DNA from: Patescibacteria group bacterium | GTDB taxonomy: Bacteria; Patescibacteriota; Minisyncoccia; Phycocordibacterales; UBA918 | Assembly: GCA_040384905.1 (NCBI GenBank) | Contig: JAZKIJ010000029.1 | Span: 12,495-48,799, forward strand | DNA length: 36,305 nucleotides | Reading direction: 5' to 3' | Shown here: positions 1 to 8,600 of the stretch, one piece after another | Numbering within the stretch: position 1 is the stretch's first letter | Layout of the letters: every line of letters starts with the position of its first letter | The notes under the pieces: model-generated | The model's database searches: none | What the model was told of the DNA's origin: nothing | The model's input: the letters and a program-made list of their open reading frames with translations, nothing else | Position numbers and translations under genes: made by a program

Positions 1-1
1 C

Positions 2-184
2 TCATTCTCTGGTAGTGGTGTCACGCCTGGCAATACTTCAGATGCTGACTATATCTTTGAAGCTGGCCAAAAAATTGCCCAAATGATAATTCAAAAAGTT
101 GAACACCCAGAGTTTATAGAGGTTTCTGAGCTTGATAGTACAGAGAGGGGAAATGGGGCATTTGGAAGTACCGGTGTATACTAG
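2..184 (+). CDS. dut: dUTP diphosphatase (dUTPase), C-terminal fragment; 5' end lies outside the window
   Basis: Frame 2 reads ...AGQKIAQMIIQKVEHPEFIEVSELDSTERGNGAFGSTGVY*. The RGxGGFGSTG tail is the C-terminal motif of trimeric dUTPases. TAG stop at 182-184. Confidence 0.7.
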   Translation, partial: SFSGSGVTPGNTSDADYIFEAGQKIAQMIIQKVEHPEFIEVSELDSTERGNGAFGSTGVY

Positions 185-202
185 CTACATAACATTTTTA
201 AT

Positions 203-895
203 ATGAGTACGGCAAAATTAATTGTGATTGACGGCGGAGCGAACGTGGGGAAAGCGACCCAGGCGGACATGTTAATGAATCGATTAATTGCAGAAGGGTA
301 CCAAGTCGGAAAAATTGATTTTCCACGGTACAGTCAAAACTCCATTGGGCACTTTATTCGAGAATGTTTAGATGGAGAAGAAGATAAGTTTGCTGAGCTT
401 GATCCGCGGATTGTGGCGATGGTCTATGCGATTGATCGATTTGAATCAAAAAAACAAATTGAAGAATGGATGGAAGAAGGACGCATCATTATTTTTGACC
501 GGTACGTGAGTTCCAACATGATGCACCAGGGTGCAAAAGTGCATGATGCCGATGCTCGTGAAGAATTCTTTTCGTGGGTGGAACATTTGGAATATGATAT
601 TTTAGGATTGCCACGACCTGATATGACGATTTATTTGGATATTCCACCACAGGATAGTCAAAAGTTACTAGAGTACATTGAAGACATTGGTGTGACTGTG
701 GTTGATCCGAAAGAAAAAGATAAACTCCACCAGGCAAAGGTTTCCAAGTGTGCGAGTTATTTAGCAAATACGCACAACCAATGGGTAACGGTGCCCTGTG
801 TGACTGATGGGGCCTTACGTCTCCGGGAAGAAATTCACGAAGAAGTGTACACTGCGGTAAAGGCCAATATTCCAGCGCCTCACGCAACGGTATAA
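203..895 (+). CDS. tmk: thymidylate (dTMP) kinase
   Basis: 230-aa ORF with P-loop IVIDGGANVGKAT, a DRY-type motif (FDRYVSSNMMHQ) and typical length. It sits next to dut, consistent with a nucleotide-metabolism context. Confidence 0.8.
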   Translation: MSTAKLIVIDGGANVGKATQADMLMNRLIAEGYQVGKIDFPRYSQNSIGHFIRECLDGEEDKFAELDPRIVAMVYAIDRFESKKQIEEWMEEGRIIIFDRYVSSNMMHQGAKVHDADAREEFFSWVEHLEYDILGLPRPDMTIYLDIPPQDSQKLLEYIEDIGVTVVDPKEKDKLHQAKVSKCASYLANTHNQWVTVPCVTDGALRLREEIHEEVYTAVKANIPAPHATV

Positions 896-922
896 CTGAA
901 TTAAGGAGTAAAAGATGGAGAA

Positions 923-957
923 CAAAATTGCCCGGGTTTGAACCCGGGCAATTTTTT
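923..957 (+). terminator. intrinsic terminator after tmk
   Basis: AAAATTGCCCGGG-tttgaa-CCCGGGCAATTTT perfect stem followed by a T-run. Confidence 0.8.
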
Positions 958-1048
958 GATGGGGTGATATACTGTACTAAATATTTTTTGCCTATGATTT
1001 AAGCTCCCGTACAATTTCTGAAGATTATATAAATTTTAAGTTTTAACT

Positions 1049-2317
1049 ATGCAAAATTACGATTTCATTAAAGCGCAGGATCCAGAATTGTACGCGACGT
1101 TGATTGGGGAAGAGGCTCGTGAAGCCCGGGGTATCGAATTAATTCCTAGTGAGAACTATGTTTCGCGGGCGGTCTTGGAAGCTAATGGTTCAGTATTCAC
1201 GAATAAATATTCCGAAGGGTATCCTGGCAAGCGGTACTACGGTGGGCAACAGTACACCGACATGATGGAGAGTATCACGATTGAACGCGCAAAAAAGTTA
1301 TTTAAAGCAAACTATGCAAACGTGCAGCCGTTAGGAGGAGCGGCCGCCAACGTGGCGATGTACTTTGCATTGATGGAACCAGGAGACACCGTATTAGGCA
1401 TGGACCTGAGTCACGGTGGACACCTTACCCACGGTCACCCAACGACAGCAATTAACAAAGTATTTAACTTTGTCCGCTACAAAATGAAGGATGTTGATAC
1501 GGGAGAAATTGATTACGAAGCTCTTAGGCAAACGGCCCTTGAACACAAGCCAAAAATTATCTTAGCTGGATTCTCAGCGTATTGTCGTGAGCTTGATTAT
1601 CAAAAATTTGTTGATATTGCTAAGGAAGTAGGGGCGTATGCGGTAGCCGACGTAGCGCATATTACAGGACTGATTGCTGGTGGGGTGGCAAAAAACCCGT
1701 TTGAATATGGTTTTGATGTGATGACCATGACCACCCACAAGTCCCTTCGTGGTCCACGAGGGGGAATGATTGTGGTGCGCGAGAGTGAAGAGATTGCAAA
1801 GAAAATTAACAAAGCAGTATTCCCTGGCATGCAAGGCGGGCCACACATGCACATTATTGCGGCCAAAGGTGTAGCTTTTGGTGAGGCACTCACTCCACAG
1901 TTTAAAGTGTACGCAGCCCAAATTCTAAAAAATGCGAAAGCGATGGAAGCGGTCTTTAAAGCGCACAACGTACGATTGCTTTGTGGAGGAACTGATAACC
2001 ACATGTTACTGGCGGACGTGTTTGGCAGTCTTGGTATAACCGGACAAGAAGCGGAGACAGTTTTGGATAAGGTTGGGATTACGCTTAACAAAAACATGAT
2101 TGCGGATGAAACTCGTACTGCTATGGATCCCTCAGGAATTCGCTTCGGCACGCCAGCCATGACCACACGTGGCATGAAGGAAGGGGAAGCCACCAAGCTC
2201 GCTGAAATTATGATCACCACCATGAAAGCTAAAGATGATTTGGTGAAGATTAATGAGTTGCAAAATGAGGTGCAGGCTTTGTGCGAGGCACACCCAGTCC
2301 CCGAGAAGTTCGTCTAG
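1049..2317 (+). CDS. glyA: serine hydroxymethyltransferase
   Basis: 422-aa ORF with LIPSENYVSRAVLEA, YSEGYPGKRYYGG and the PLP-lysine block TTTHKSLRGPRGG. Confidence 0.95.
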   Translation: MQNYDFIKAQDPELYATLIGEEAREARGIELIPSENYVSRAVLEANGSVFTNKYSEGYPGKRYYGGQQYTDMMESITIERAKKLFKANYANVQPLGGAAANVAMYFALMEPGDTVLGMDLSHGGHLTHGHPTTAINKVFNFVRYKMKDVDTGEIDYEALRQTALEHKPKIILAGFSAYCRELDYQKFVDIAKEVGAYAVADVAHITGLIAGGVAKNPFEYGFDVMTMTTHKSLRGPRGGMIVVRESEEIAKKINKAVFPGMQGGPHMHIIAAKGVAFGEALTPQFKVYAAQILKNAKAMEAVFKAHNVRLLCGGTDNHMLLADVFGSLGITGQEAETVLDKVGITLNKNMIADETRTAMDPSGIRFGTPAMTTRGMKEGEATKLAEIMITTMKAKDDLVKINELQNEVQALCEAHPVPEKFV

Positions 2318-2341
2318 TGTGGGCCAAAAATAGCACATTCC

Positions 2342-2413
2342 GTTGTTGCACTGCATAAAATAAAATTCACCGTATAAAAATACGGCTCATCTTATTTTAT
2401 TTGCGCGCCTAGG
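2342..2413 (+). repeat. bipartite hairpin element, copy A (long form with GTTGCAC / TGCGCGCC clamp)
   Basis: GTTGTTGCAC-AT-rich stem-TTCAC CGTAT aaaa ATACG GCTCA-return stem-TGCGCGCCTAGG. It starts 24 nt after the glyA stop. The core matches five other copies in this window. Confidence 0.6.
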
Positions 2414-2538
2414 ACTGTATCTATTTTAGACACATACTCGAGTTCTCGAGCATTATTGTGGTTGGAACTGCATCAATTTTAAAACGAATTTTTAGTTCAA
2501 ATAATAGATTTATAGTATTAGTCCCAATACGTATGTTT

Positions 2539-2566
2539 AAAAAACAGCCAAAAATGGCTGTTTTTT
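2539..2566. terminator. bidirectional-looking intrinsic terminator
   Basis: AAAAAACAGCCA-aaaa-TGGCTGTTTTTT, with an A-run before the stem and a T-run after it. Confidence 0.7.
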
Positions 2567-2594
2567 GTATAGTCAGCAGGAGGAGCAAAAAGGC

Positions 2595-2622
2595 TTGGCA
2601 ATTTGGGAAAAGATGCTATAAT
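2595..2622 (+). promoter_or_regulatory. sigma-70-type promoter with extended -10
   Basis: TTGGCA (2595-2600), 16-nt spacer, TGcTATAAT (2614-2622). Confidence 0.55.
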
Positions 2623-2628
2623 GTTTGT

Positions 2629-2716
2629 GAAGGCTAGGACGGAACCCCTATGCCCTCGCTTCACTGTCCCTCGTTCCACAACTTAGCGCCCCAACTTCGG
2701 TTGGGGCGTTTTTTTT
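2629..2716 (+). ncRNA. candidate ~90-nt small RNA or riboswitch-like leader (family unknown)
   Basis: The unit begins just after the promoter above. It ends in a CGCCCCAAC-TTCG-GTTGGGGCG stem plus T8 (2687-2716). Internal pairings include GTGAAG/CTTCAC and GGCTAGG/CCTAtGCC. There is no ORF. The next gene starts 31 nt after the T-run. Confidence 0.4.
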
Positions 2717-2747
2717 ATTTTAGATTATTTTCCCGGCAGCGTACCTG

Positions 2748-3842
2748 ATGAGTTATACTTACTGTATGACCTTTCGGGAAATGTTTCAGCAGGTAAAACA
2801 TCACTGGCTTACCGTGGCTTTTATTTTAGGATTCATCACTGATTATCTGTTACTCAATCGGATTGATGATACGTTTGATAATGCACTCCTGTTTTTTTAT
2901 GTGGTGTTAGCCTCGATTTCGATTGTATTATTGTACGGAAGTATTGCTCAAAAATTTGGCGAACGACCCTCGGCCTTTTTTCGAAAAGTAGCTCCGATGT
3001 TAATGCAGTATTCCTTCGGAGGATTATTCTCGGGGATGCTCATTTTTTATAGTCGCAGTGGAGCGCTCTGGGCATCGTGGCCGTTTTTACTTTTATTTAT
3101 TGCCGCTATTTATGGGAACGAGACGATGCGTAATCGTGGACAGCAATTGGTGTTTAACATCTTGTCTTATTTTGTGGGGTTGTTCTCGTACCTCGTGATG
3201 GTGGTGCCGGTGTTTCTCGGACGGATGGGCCCGGAAATATTTGTCGCTAGTGGATTGCTCGCACTCGTTATTGTGTATGCGCTAGTACAGCTTCTGACAA
3301 AAATTATTCCGAATTATATGTCGATGCAAACCAAGACCATTGTCTATATGGTGTTTGGATTATTCGTGGGGTTAAATACGTTGTACTTTACGAATGTGAT
3401 TCCACCGATCCCGCTCTCACTACAAGAAATACATATTGTGCACGAAGTCACACGATTAAACGATTCAACCTACGAGCTTACCTATGAGCCGGTAGAATGG
3501 TATCGCTATGATAAAAAAATGAGTATGGTATTTCATCCATCCGAATCAGGCACGGTGGCTTGTTTTACGAGAGTGTTTGCACCCGCAAAAATTGATACCG
3601 AGGTTTTCCATGTCTGGGAGTATCGTGACGCTGAAGGAAACTGGGTAGAGCATTATCGAAAATCATATGCCGTAACGGGGAAGGCAGTAAACGGCTACCG
3701 AGGTTGGACAGCACTTTCCTCAGCGCGCAATGGTGTATGGCGATGTAGTGTCGAGACTGCGCGCGGACAAGTATTGGGTCAAAAAGAATTTACCATCGAT
3801 ACGTCGATACCGCCGAGTACCTTAGAGAAAAAAGTTGATTAA
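2748..3842 (+). CDS. polytopic membrane protein with a C-terminal beta-rich soluble domain (possibly DUF2914-like)
   Basis: 364-aa ORF. The first ~215 aa contain multiple hydrophobic helices. The C-terminal ~130 aa are Trp/Tyr-rich and soluble (…GNWVEHYRKSY…GVWRCSVETARGQVLGQKEFTI). The start codon is uncertain, with several in-frame ATGs at 2748-2790. Confidence 0.6.
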   Translation: MSYTYCMTFREMFQQVKHHWLTVAFILGFITDYLLLNRIDDTFDNALLFFYVVLASISIVLLYGSIAQKFGERPSAFFRKVAPMLMQYSFGGLFSGMLIFYSRSGALWASWPFLLLFIAAIYGNETMRNRGQQLVFNILSYFVGLFSYLVMVVPVFLGRMGPEIFVASGLLALVIVYALVQLLTKIIPNYMSMQTKTIVYMVFGLFVGLNTLYFTNVIPPIPLSLQEIHIVHEVTRLNDSTYELTYEPVEWYRYDKKMSMVFHPSESGTVACFTRVFAPAKIDTEVFHVWEYRDAEGNWVEHYRKSYAVTGKAVNGYRGWTALSSARNGVWRCSVETARGQVLGQKEFTIDTSIPPSTLEKKVD

Positions 3843-3871
3843 TTAGAATTTTTGCTATAGTCTCAATATCT

Positions 3872-5557
3872 ATGGACTCTGTCATCCGAGCCGCCGTTGC
3901 TGAAGCGTTAGAAACTCTCGGTTTGCCCGAGGCAGATTTTTCTATTGAACACCCACATGAATTTAATCATGGGGATTTTGCTTGTAATGTAGCTATGGTT
4001 GTCAGTAAAGAAGTGGGACAGGCGCCACGAGTAATAGCCGAACAAATTGTTACGGAACTGTCTAATCAAATTGAATATATAGATCGGATTGAAATTGCGG
4101 GTCCCGGATTTATAAATTTCTTTTTAAGTCGAGATTTTTTTGTTGCCGAAACCAACCGCATTATTAGTGCGGGAGAGAGTTGGGGACGAAACGATTCATG
4201 GGAAGGTAAAAAAGTAATTGTTGAATATACAGACGCTAACCCGTTTAAAGAATTTCATATCGGACACTTATTTACCAACGCGGTCGGGGAAAGTATTGCG
4301 CGTTTATTTATGATGGCCGGAGCAGATGTTAAGCGTGTATGTTACCAGGGGGATGTTGGGTTACACGTTGCGCATGCCATCTGGGGGATGCAAAAAAGCG
4401 GACTCACTGCTACCAGTGCTTTTACTGCCAAAGATCTAGGCAAAGCCTATGCAGTTGGAGCTACCGCCTACAAAAATGACGAGACCGCTAAAGCAGAAAT
4501 TATTGCCTTAAATAAAATAATCTACGAACGTAGTGATGATTCCGTCACGGCACTGTATGATGCGGGACGCACGGTGTCACTTGAGTACTTTGAATCAATA
4601 TACAAACTCGTAGACACGCAATTCTCAGAATACTTTTTTGAAAGCGAAGCAGCGGGTGAAGGAAAGGCAATTGTCCTGGCTCACCCGGAAGTGTTTCCTC
4701 AAAGTGACGGGGCGTACATATTTGAAGGTGAAAAATACGGATTGCACACTCGGGTATTTTTAAACAATCAGGGACTTCCAACGTACGAAGCCAAAGAACT
4801 AGCACTTGCAAAACTAAAAGAAGAGCGTCTTGGTGCGTATGACCACTCAGTAATCTCAACCGCGAAAGAAATTAATGAATATTTTAAAGTGCTCAAAACC
4901 GCTATGGGTTTTGTGTATCCTGAGTTGGCCGCCAAAACCGAACATATCGGTCACGGGATGGTGCGGTTGGCTACCGGTAAAATGTCGTCACGTACGGGAG
5001 ATGTTATTTCGGCGCTTGATTTTATTGAAGATGTCGCACACTCTGCTAAAGAAAAAATGGTCGCCTCGGGCGTGGTAACCCCAAGTGGGGACTTGGCGCA
5101 TGATATTGCTATAGCCGCGATTAAGTACGCGACGTTGCGGGGCAATATTTTACAGGATTCAATTTTTGATAAAGAGCGAGCGCTTAGTTTTGAAGGAGAT
5201 TCCGGTCCGTACTTACAATACACACACGCTCGAATTTGTAGTGTCCTTGATCGAGCTCGCTTAGCGGGAATTGAGCCGTCACGTAAACAGGTGCCCGATG
5301 ATACGTACCTGGTAGAAAAAACTTTGTACCGGTTTGAGGAAATAGTCATGCAGGCACTTGATGAACGAGCACCGCATAAAGTAGTGGGGTATTTAACTGA
5401 ACTAGCGGCTGCCTTTAATACGTTTTACGCCCACGAAAAAATTGCTGACCCCAGTGATACCTACGCCGCCTACAAATGTCAGGTAGCCCAAGCAGTGGCG
5501 GTTACCCTTAAAAACGGACTTTTTATTTTGGCGATTAAAGCACCCAATCGTTTGTAA
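3872..5557 (+). CDS. argS: arginyl-tRNA synthetase
   Basis: 561-aa ORF. It has the N-terminal Arg_tRNA_synt_N-like IEIAGPGFINFFL, the HIGH-type motif NPFKEFHIGHL, the MSSRTG (KMSK-equivalent) motif and a DALR-like C-terminus. Confidence 0.9.
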   Translation: MDSVIRAAVAEALETLGLPEADFSIEHPHEFNHGDFACNVAMVVSKEVGQAPRVIAEQIVTELSNQIEYIDRIEIAGPGFINFFLSRDFFVAETNRIISAGESWGRNDSWEGKKVIVEYTDANPFKEFHIGHLFTNAVGESIARLFMMAGADVKRVCYQGDVGLHVAHAIWGMQKSGLTATSAFTAKDLGKAYAVGATAYKNDETAKAEIIALNKIIYERSDDSVTALYDAGRTVSLEYFESIYKLVDTQFSEYFFESEAAGEGKAIVLAHPEVFPQSDGAYIFEGEKYGLHTRVFLNNQGLPTYEAKELALAKLKEERLGAYDHSVISTAKEINEYFKVLKTAMGFVYPELAAKTEHIGHGMVRLATGKMSSRTGDVISALDFIEDVAHSAKEKMVASGVVTPSGDLAHDIAIAAIKYATLRGNILQDSIFDKERALSFEGDSGPYLQYTHARICSVLDRARLAGIEPSRKQVPDDTYLVEKTLYRFEEIVMQALDERAPHKVVGYLTELAAAFNTFYAHEKIADPSDTYAAYKCQVAQAVAVTLKNGLFILAIKAPNRL

Positions 5558-5661
5558 CGAGATACCTAGGCAAGCTCCAATTTCGTGATACTATAAAAAA
5601 GCTGGTCTGATACATCAGTTTTATTAGTATGTCTGATACACATACGTAACCTAGTATTTAT

Positions 5662-8600
5662 ATGAATAAACAACATGGTCGGGAAAATGACTCAGTAGCC
5701 GTTGTGCCTGAGACCGAAAAAAGTGACGTAGCAACTCGTGAAGAATTGATACAAGCATTTTGGCTTGAGCACGATATTTTTAATAAAAGTCTGGCTACGC
5801 CAGCAGGGGATACGGCCAAAGGAAGCTATACTTTTTATGATGGTCCGCCGTTTGCAACGGGAACTCCTCACTACGGACATATTTTAGCTAGTACCATCAA
5901 AGATGCAGTGCCCCGATTTTGGACCATGAATGGTATGCAGGTAGACCGAAAGTGGGGCTGGGATTGTCATGGACTACCACTAGAGAATTTAATTGAAAAG
6001 AAACTCGGACTGGCTACCAAACGGGATATTGAAGAGTACGGTGTTAAGAATTTTAACGAAGCGGCTCGTGGTGCGGTGATGGAATATGCTGACTACTGGA
6101 AAATGGCCATTCCGCGCATGGGACGGTGGGCCGACATGGAGGACGATTACAAAACCATGGACAGTACCTACACGGAGAGTGTATGGTGGGTTTTTTCTGA
6201 ACTCCATAAAAAAGGATTAGTGTTTGAAGGCTTTAAAACCATGCATCTCTGTCCACGCTGTGGGACTACCCTAAGTAACTTTGAAGTGAATCAAGGCTAC
6301 AAAGATATTAAAGATATTGCGGTTACGGTAAAGTTGCCGTTACTTGATGAAGCGGGCATGGTGACTAATACGTCACTGTTGGTCTGGACAACGACTCCGT
6401 GGACGTTGCCGGGGAATATGGCGGCGGCTGTTCACAGTGATATTGAGTATGTAAAAGTAAAAGTAACCACAGAAACCGGAGCAGAGTTTTTTATTCTCGC
6501 TAAAGAGCGCTTGTCACAATTGGGAGATGTATCCTATACGATAGAGGAAGAAATAAAAGGATCGACATTGGTCGGACGTTCCTATCAGTCACCGTTTAGT
6601 TTTTTACAAAACCAAGATTTTGACAAAACCAATGCCTGGAAAATTTGGCACGCGGACTATGTCGAAGTAGGGACTGAAGGCACAGGGGCAGTGCATATCG
6701 CGCCAGCGTATGGAGATGATGATATGCAGTTGGCCAAAGCCAACAACGTTCCTATCATGCACCACGTTGATACAGCTGGGCACTTTATGCCGTTGGTAAC
6801 AGAATTTGCCGGACGGTTGGTAAAACCAAAAGATGACGATGCTTCGGGGATTGATCACAAAGATACTGATATTGAAATATTAAAGTCTTTGCAAACCGCC
6901 GGCAAAATTTTCAAAAAAGAAAACATCACTCACAGCTACCCGCACTGTTGGCGCTGTGATACACCGTTACTTAACTACGCGACCACCTCGTGGTTTGTGA
7001 ATGTGCCGGCAATTAAAGATGCGCTTGTGGCTAATAATGCTCAAGTACACTGGGTGCCAGAGCATGTGGGCACTAATCGTTTTGGAAAGTGGCTGGAAGG
7101 AGCGAGAGATTGGGCGGTGTCGCGACAGCGGTATTGGGGAGCACCCTTGCCAATTTGGAAAAATCCTAAAACTGGTGAGTACAAAGTTTTTGGTTCACTC
7201 GCTGAGTTGCAGCAGTATATTCCGCAAACCGGCAACACCTTCTATGTGATGCGTCATGCGCAAGCGCACAGTAATCTGGGCGATGCCGTAATTGATGCGA
7301 TTCCGGATGAAGAAAATCCGTTAACTGATACCGGTCGCGAGCAATGTAAAGTGGCCGCCGAGCAATTAAAAGACGCAGGCATTACTCGCATTGTGCACTC
7401 AGGGATGCAGCGCACGCGTGAGACGGCGCTCGCTGTGGCAGCCTTGCTTGGGTTACCAGAATCAGCGGTGACGGTAGATACTCGCATTACCGAATTACAA
7501 ACTGGTAACGCCTTTGAAGGAAAAACCTGGGCAGAGTACAACGCCAACTACGCGAGTGAAGAAGAAAAGTTCACCAAAGTAATTCCCGGGGTAGAAAACC
7601 GCTACGACCTTATTAAACGGGCGGGAGCATTCTTGTATGACTTTAATGCGAGTCATCAAAATGAAACTGTCTTAGTAGTGGCGCACGCCAGTTCAACGTT
7701 TGCGTTGCGGTGCGTCGCGCAAGGCGCAGATCATACCCGTGTCATTGAACTTAAAAAGGAAGGGTACTTTGGTAATGCGGAAGTCCGTCCGTTACCGTTT
7801 ACCCCCGTACCGCATAATGATAATTACGCACTTGATTACCACCGGCCATACATTGATGAGATTGAACTGGTTGATACTGATGGTACTAAGCTTGTGCGCG
7901 TGCCCGATGTATTTGACTGCTGGTTTGAGAGTGGATCAATGCCGTATGCGCAGCATCATTTCCTTGGGGAAGGACGAGCTGACTTTGAAGGAACAAAATT
8001 CCCGGCGCAGTTTATTGCTGAAGGTCTTGATCAAACGCGCGGGTGGTTCTATTCACTGATTGTGTTAGGCACAGCTTTATTTGGTAAATCACCGTTTGAG
8101 AATGTGATTGTAAACGGGTTAGTGCTCGCCGAAGATGGAAAAAAGATGTCTAAATCTCTCAAGAACTATCCTGACCCGATGGAGTTAGTTGATCGTGTAG
8201 GAGCTGATGCTATCCGGTATTACATGCTCACCTCACCATTGATGAAAGGGGAAGATTTAAACTTCTCAGAAAAAGAAGCGCTTGAGTTACAGCGAAAAAA
8301 TATCGGCCGGTTGCATAACGTGCTCGCTATGTACGAGATGTTTGCCGATGGTACTAAAGCTAATCCAAGCTCCGACAACATACTTGATCGTTGGATTGTT
8401 ACCCGACTTAATCAAATCATTTCTGAAGCCACTGCCGGATACAAATCCTATGAACTTGATAAAGCCAACCGACCAATTGCTGATTATATTGATGATGTAT
8501 CGGTTTGGTATCTACGCAGAAGTCGAGAACGCTTAAAGGCCGATGATGAAGCTGACAAAGCTTTGGCTATTGGAACACTTCGTTATATCTTGCGTGAACT

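Noticed and set aside
1600-2223. Long antisense ORFs inside strong genes. Examples: 1600..2223(-) in glyA; 8631..9029(-) in ileS; 25457..26110(+) and 26324..26743(+) in ftsK; 29494..30123(-) in the surface-protein gene; 12636..13037(-) in glyQS.
   Set aside because: Each lies wholly within a confidently identified gene on the opposite strand. They have no SD or motif and show low-complexity translations. These are typical shadow ORFs.
2629-2716. Identification of the orphan small transcript as SRP (4.5S) RNA, 6S RNA or a known small riboswitch.
   Set aside because: It has no SRP domain-IV GGAA/GNAR-type conserved loop sequence and is too short for 6S. It shows no match by eye to the fluoride, preQ1, guanidine or ZTP consensus cores. 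It is kept only as an unclassified candidate.
5558-5661. T-box or other long leaders upstream of ileS, argS, glyQS and metG.
   Set aside because: The gaps are only 29-104 nt. No specifier or T-box (..GGTGGTACCGCG..) sequence and no terminator/antiterminator pair was seen.
7237-7830. An intein as the explanation for the ileS insertion.
   Set aside because: There is no Cys/Ser/Thr at the N-terminal junction, and no block A/B or endonuclease motifs. The only HN dipeptide (PHND) is followed by Asp, not Cys/Ser/Thr. The insert aligns to histidine phosphatases instead.
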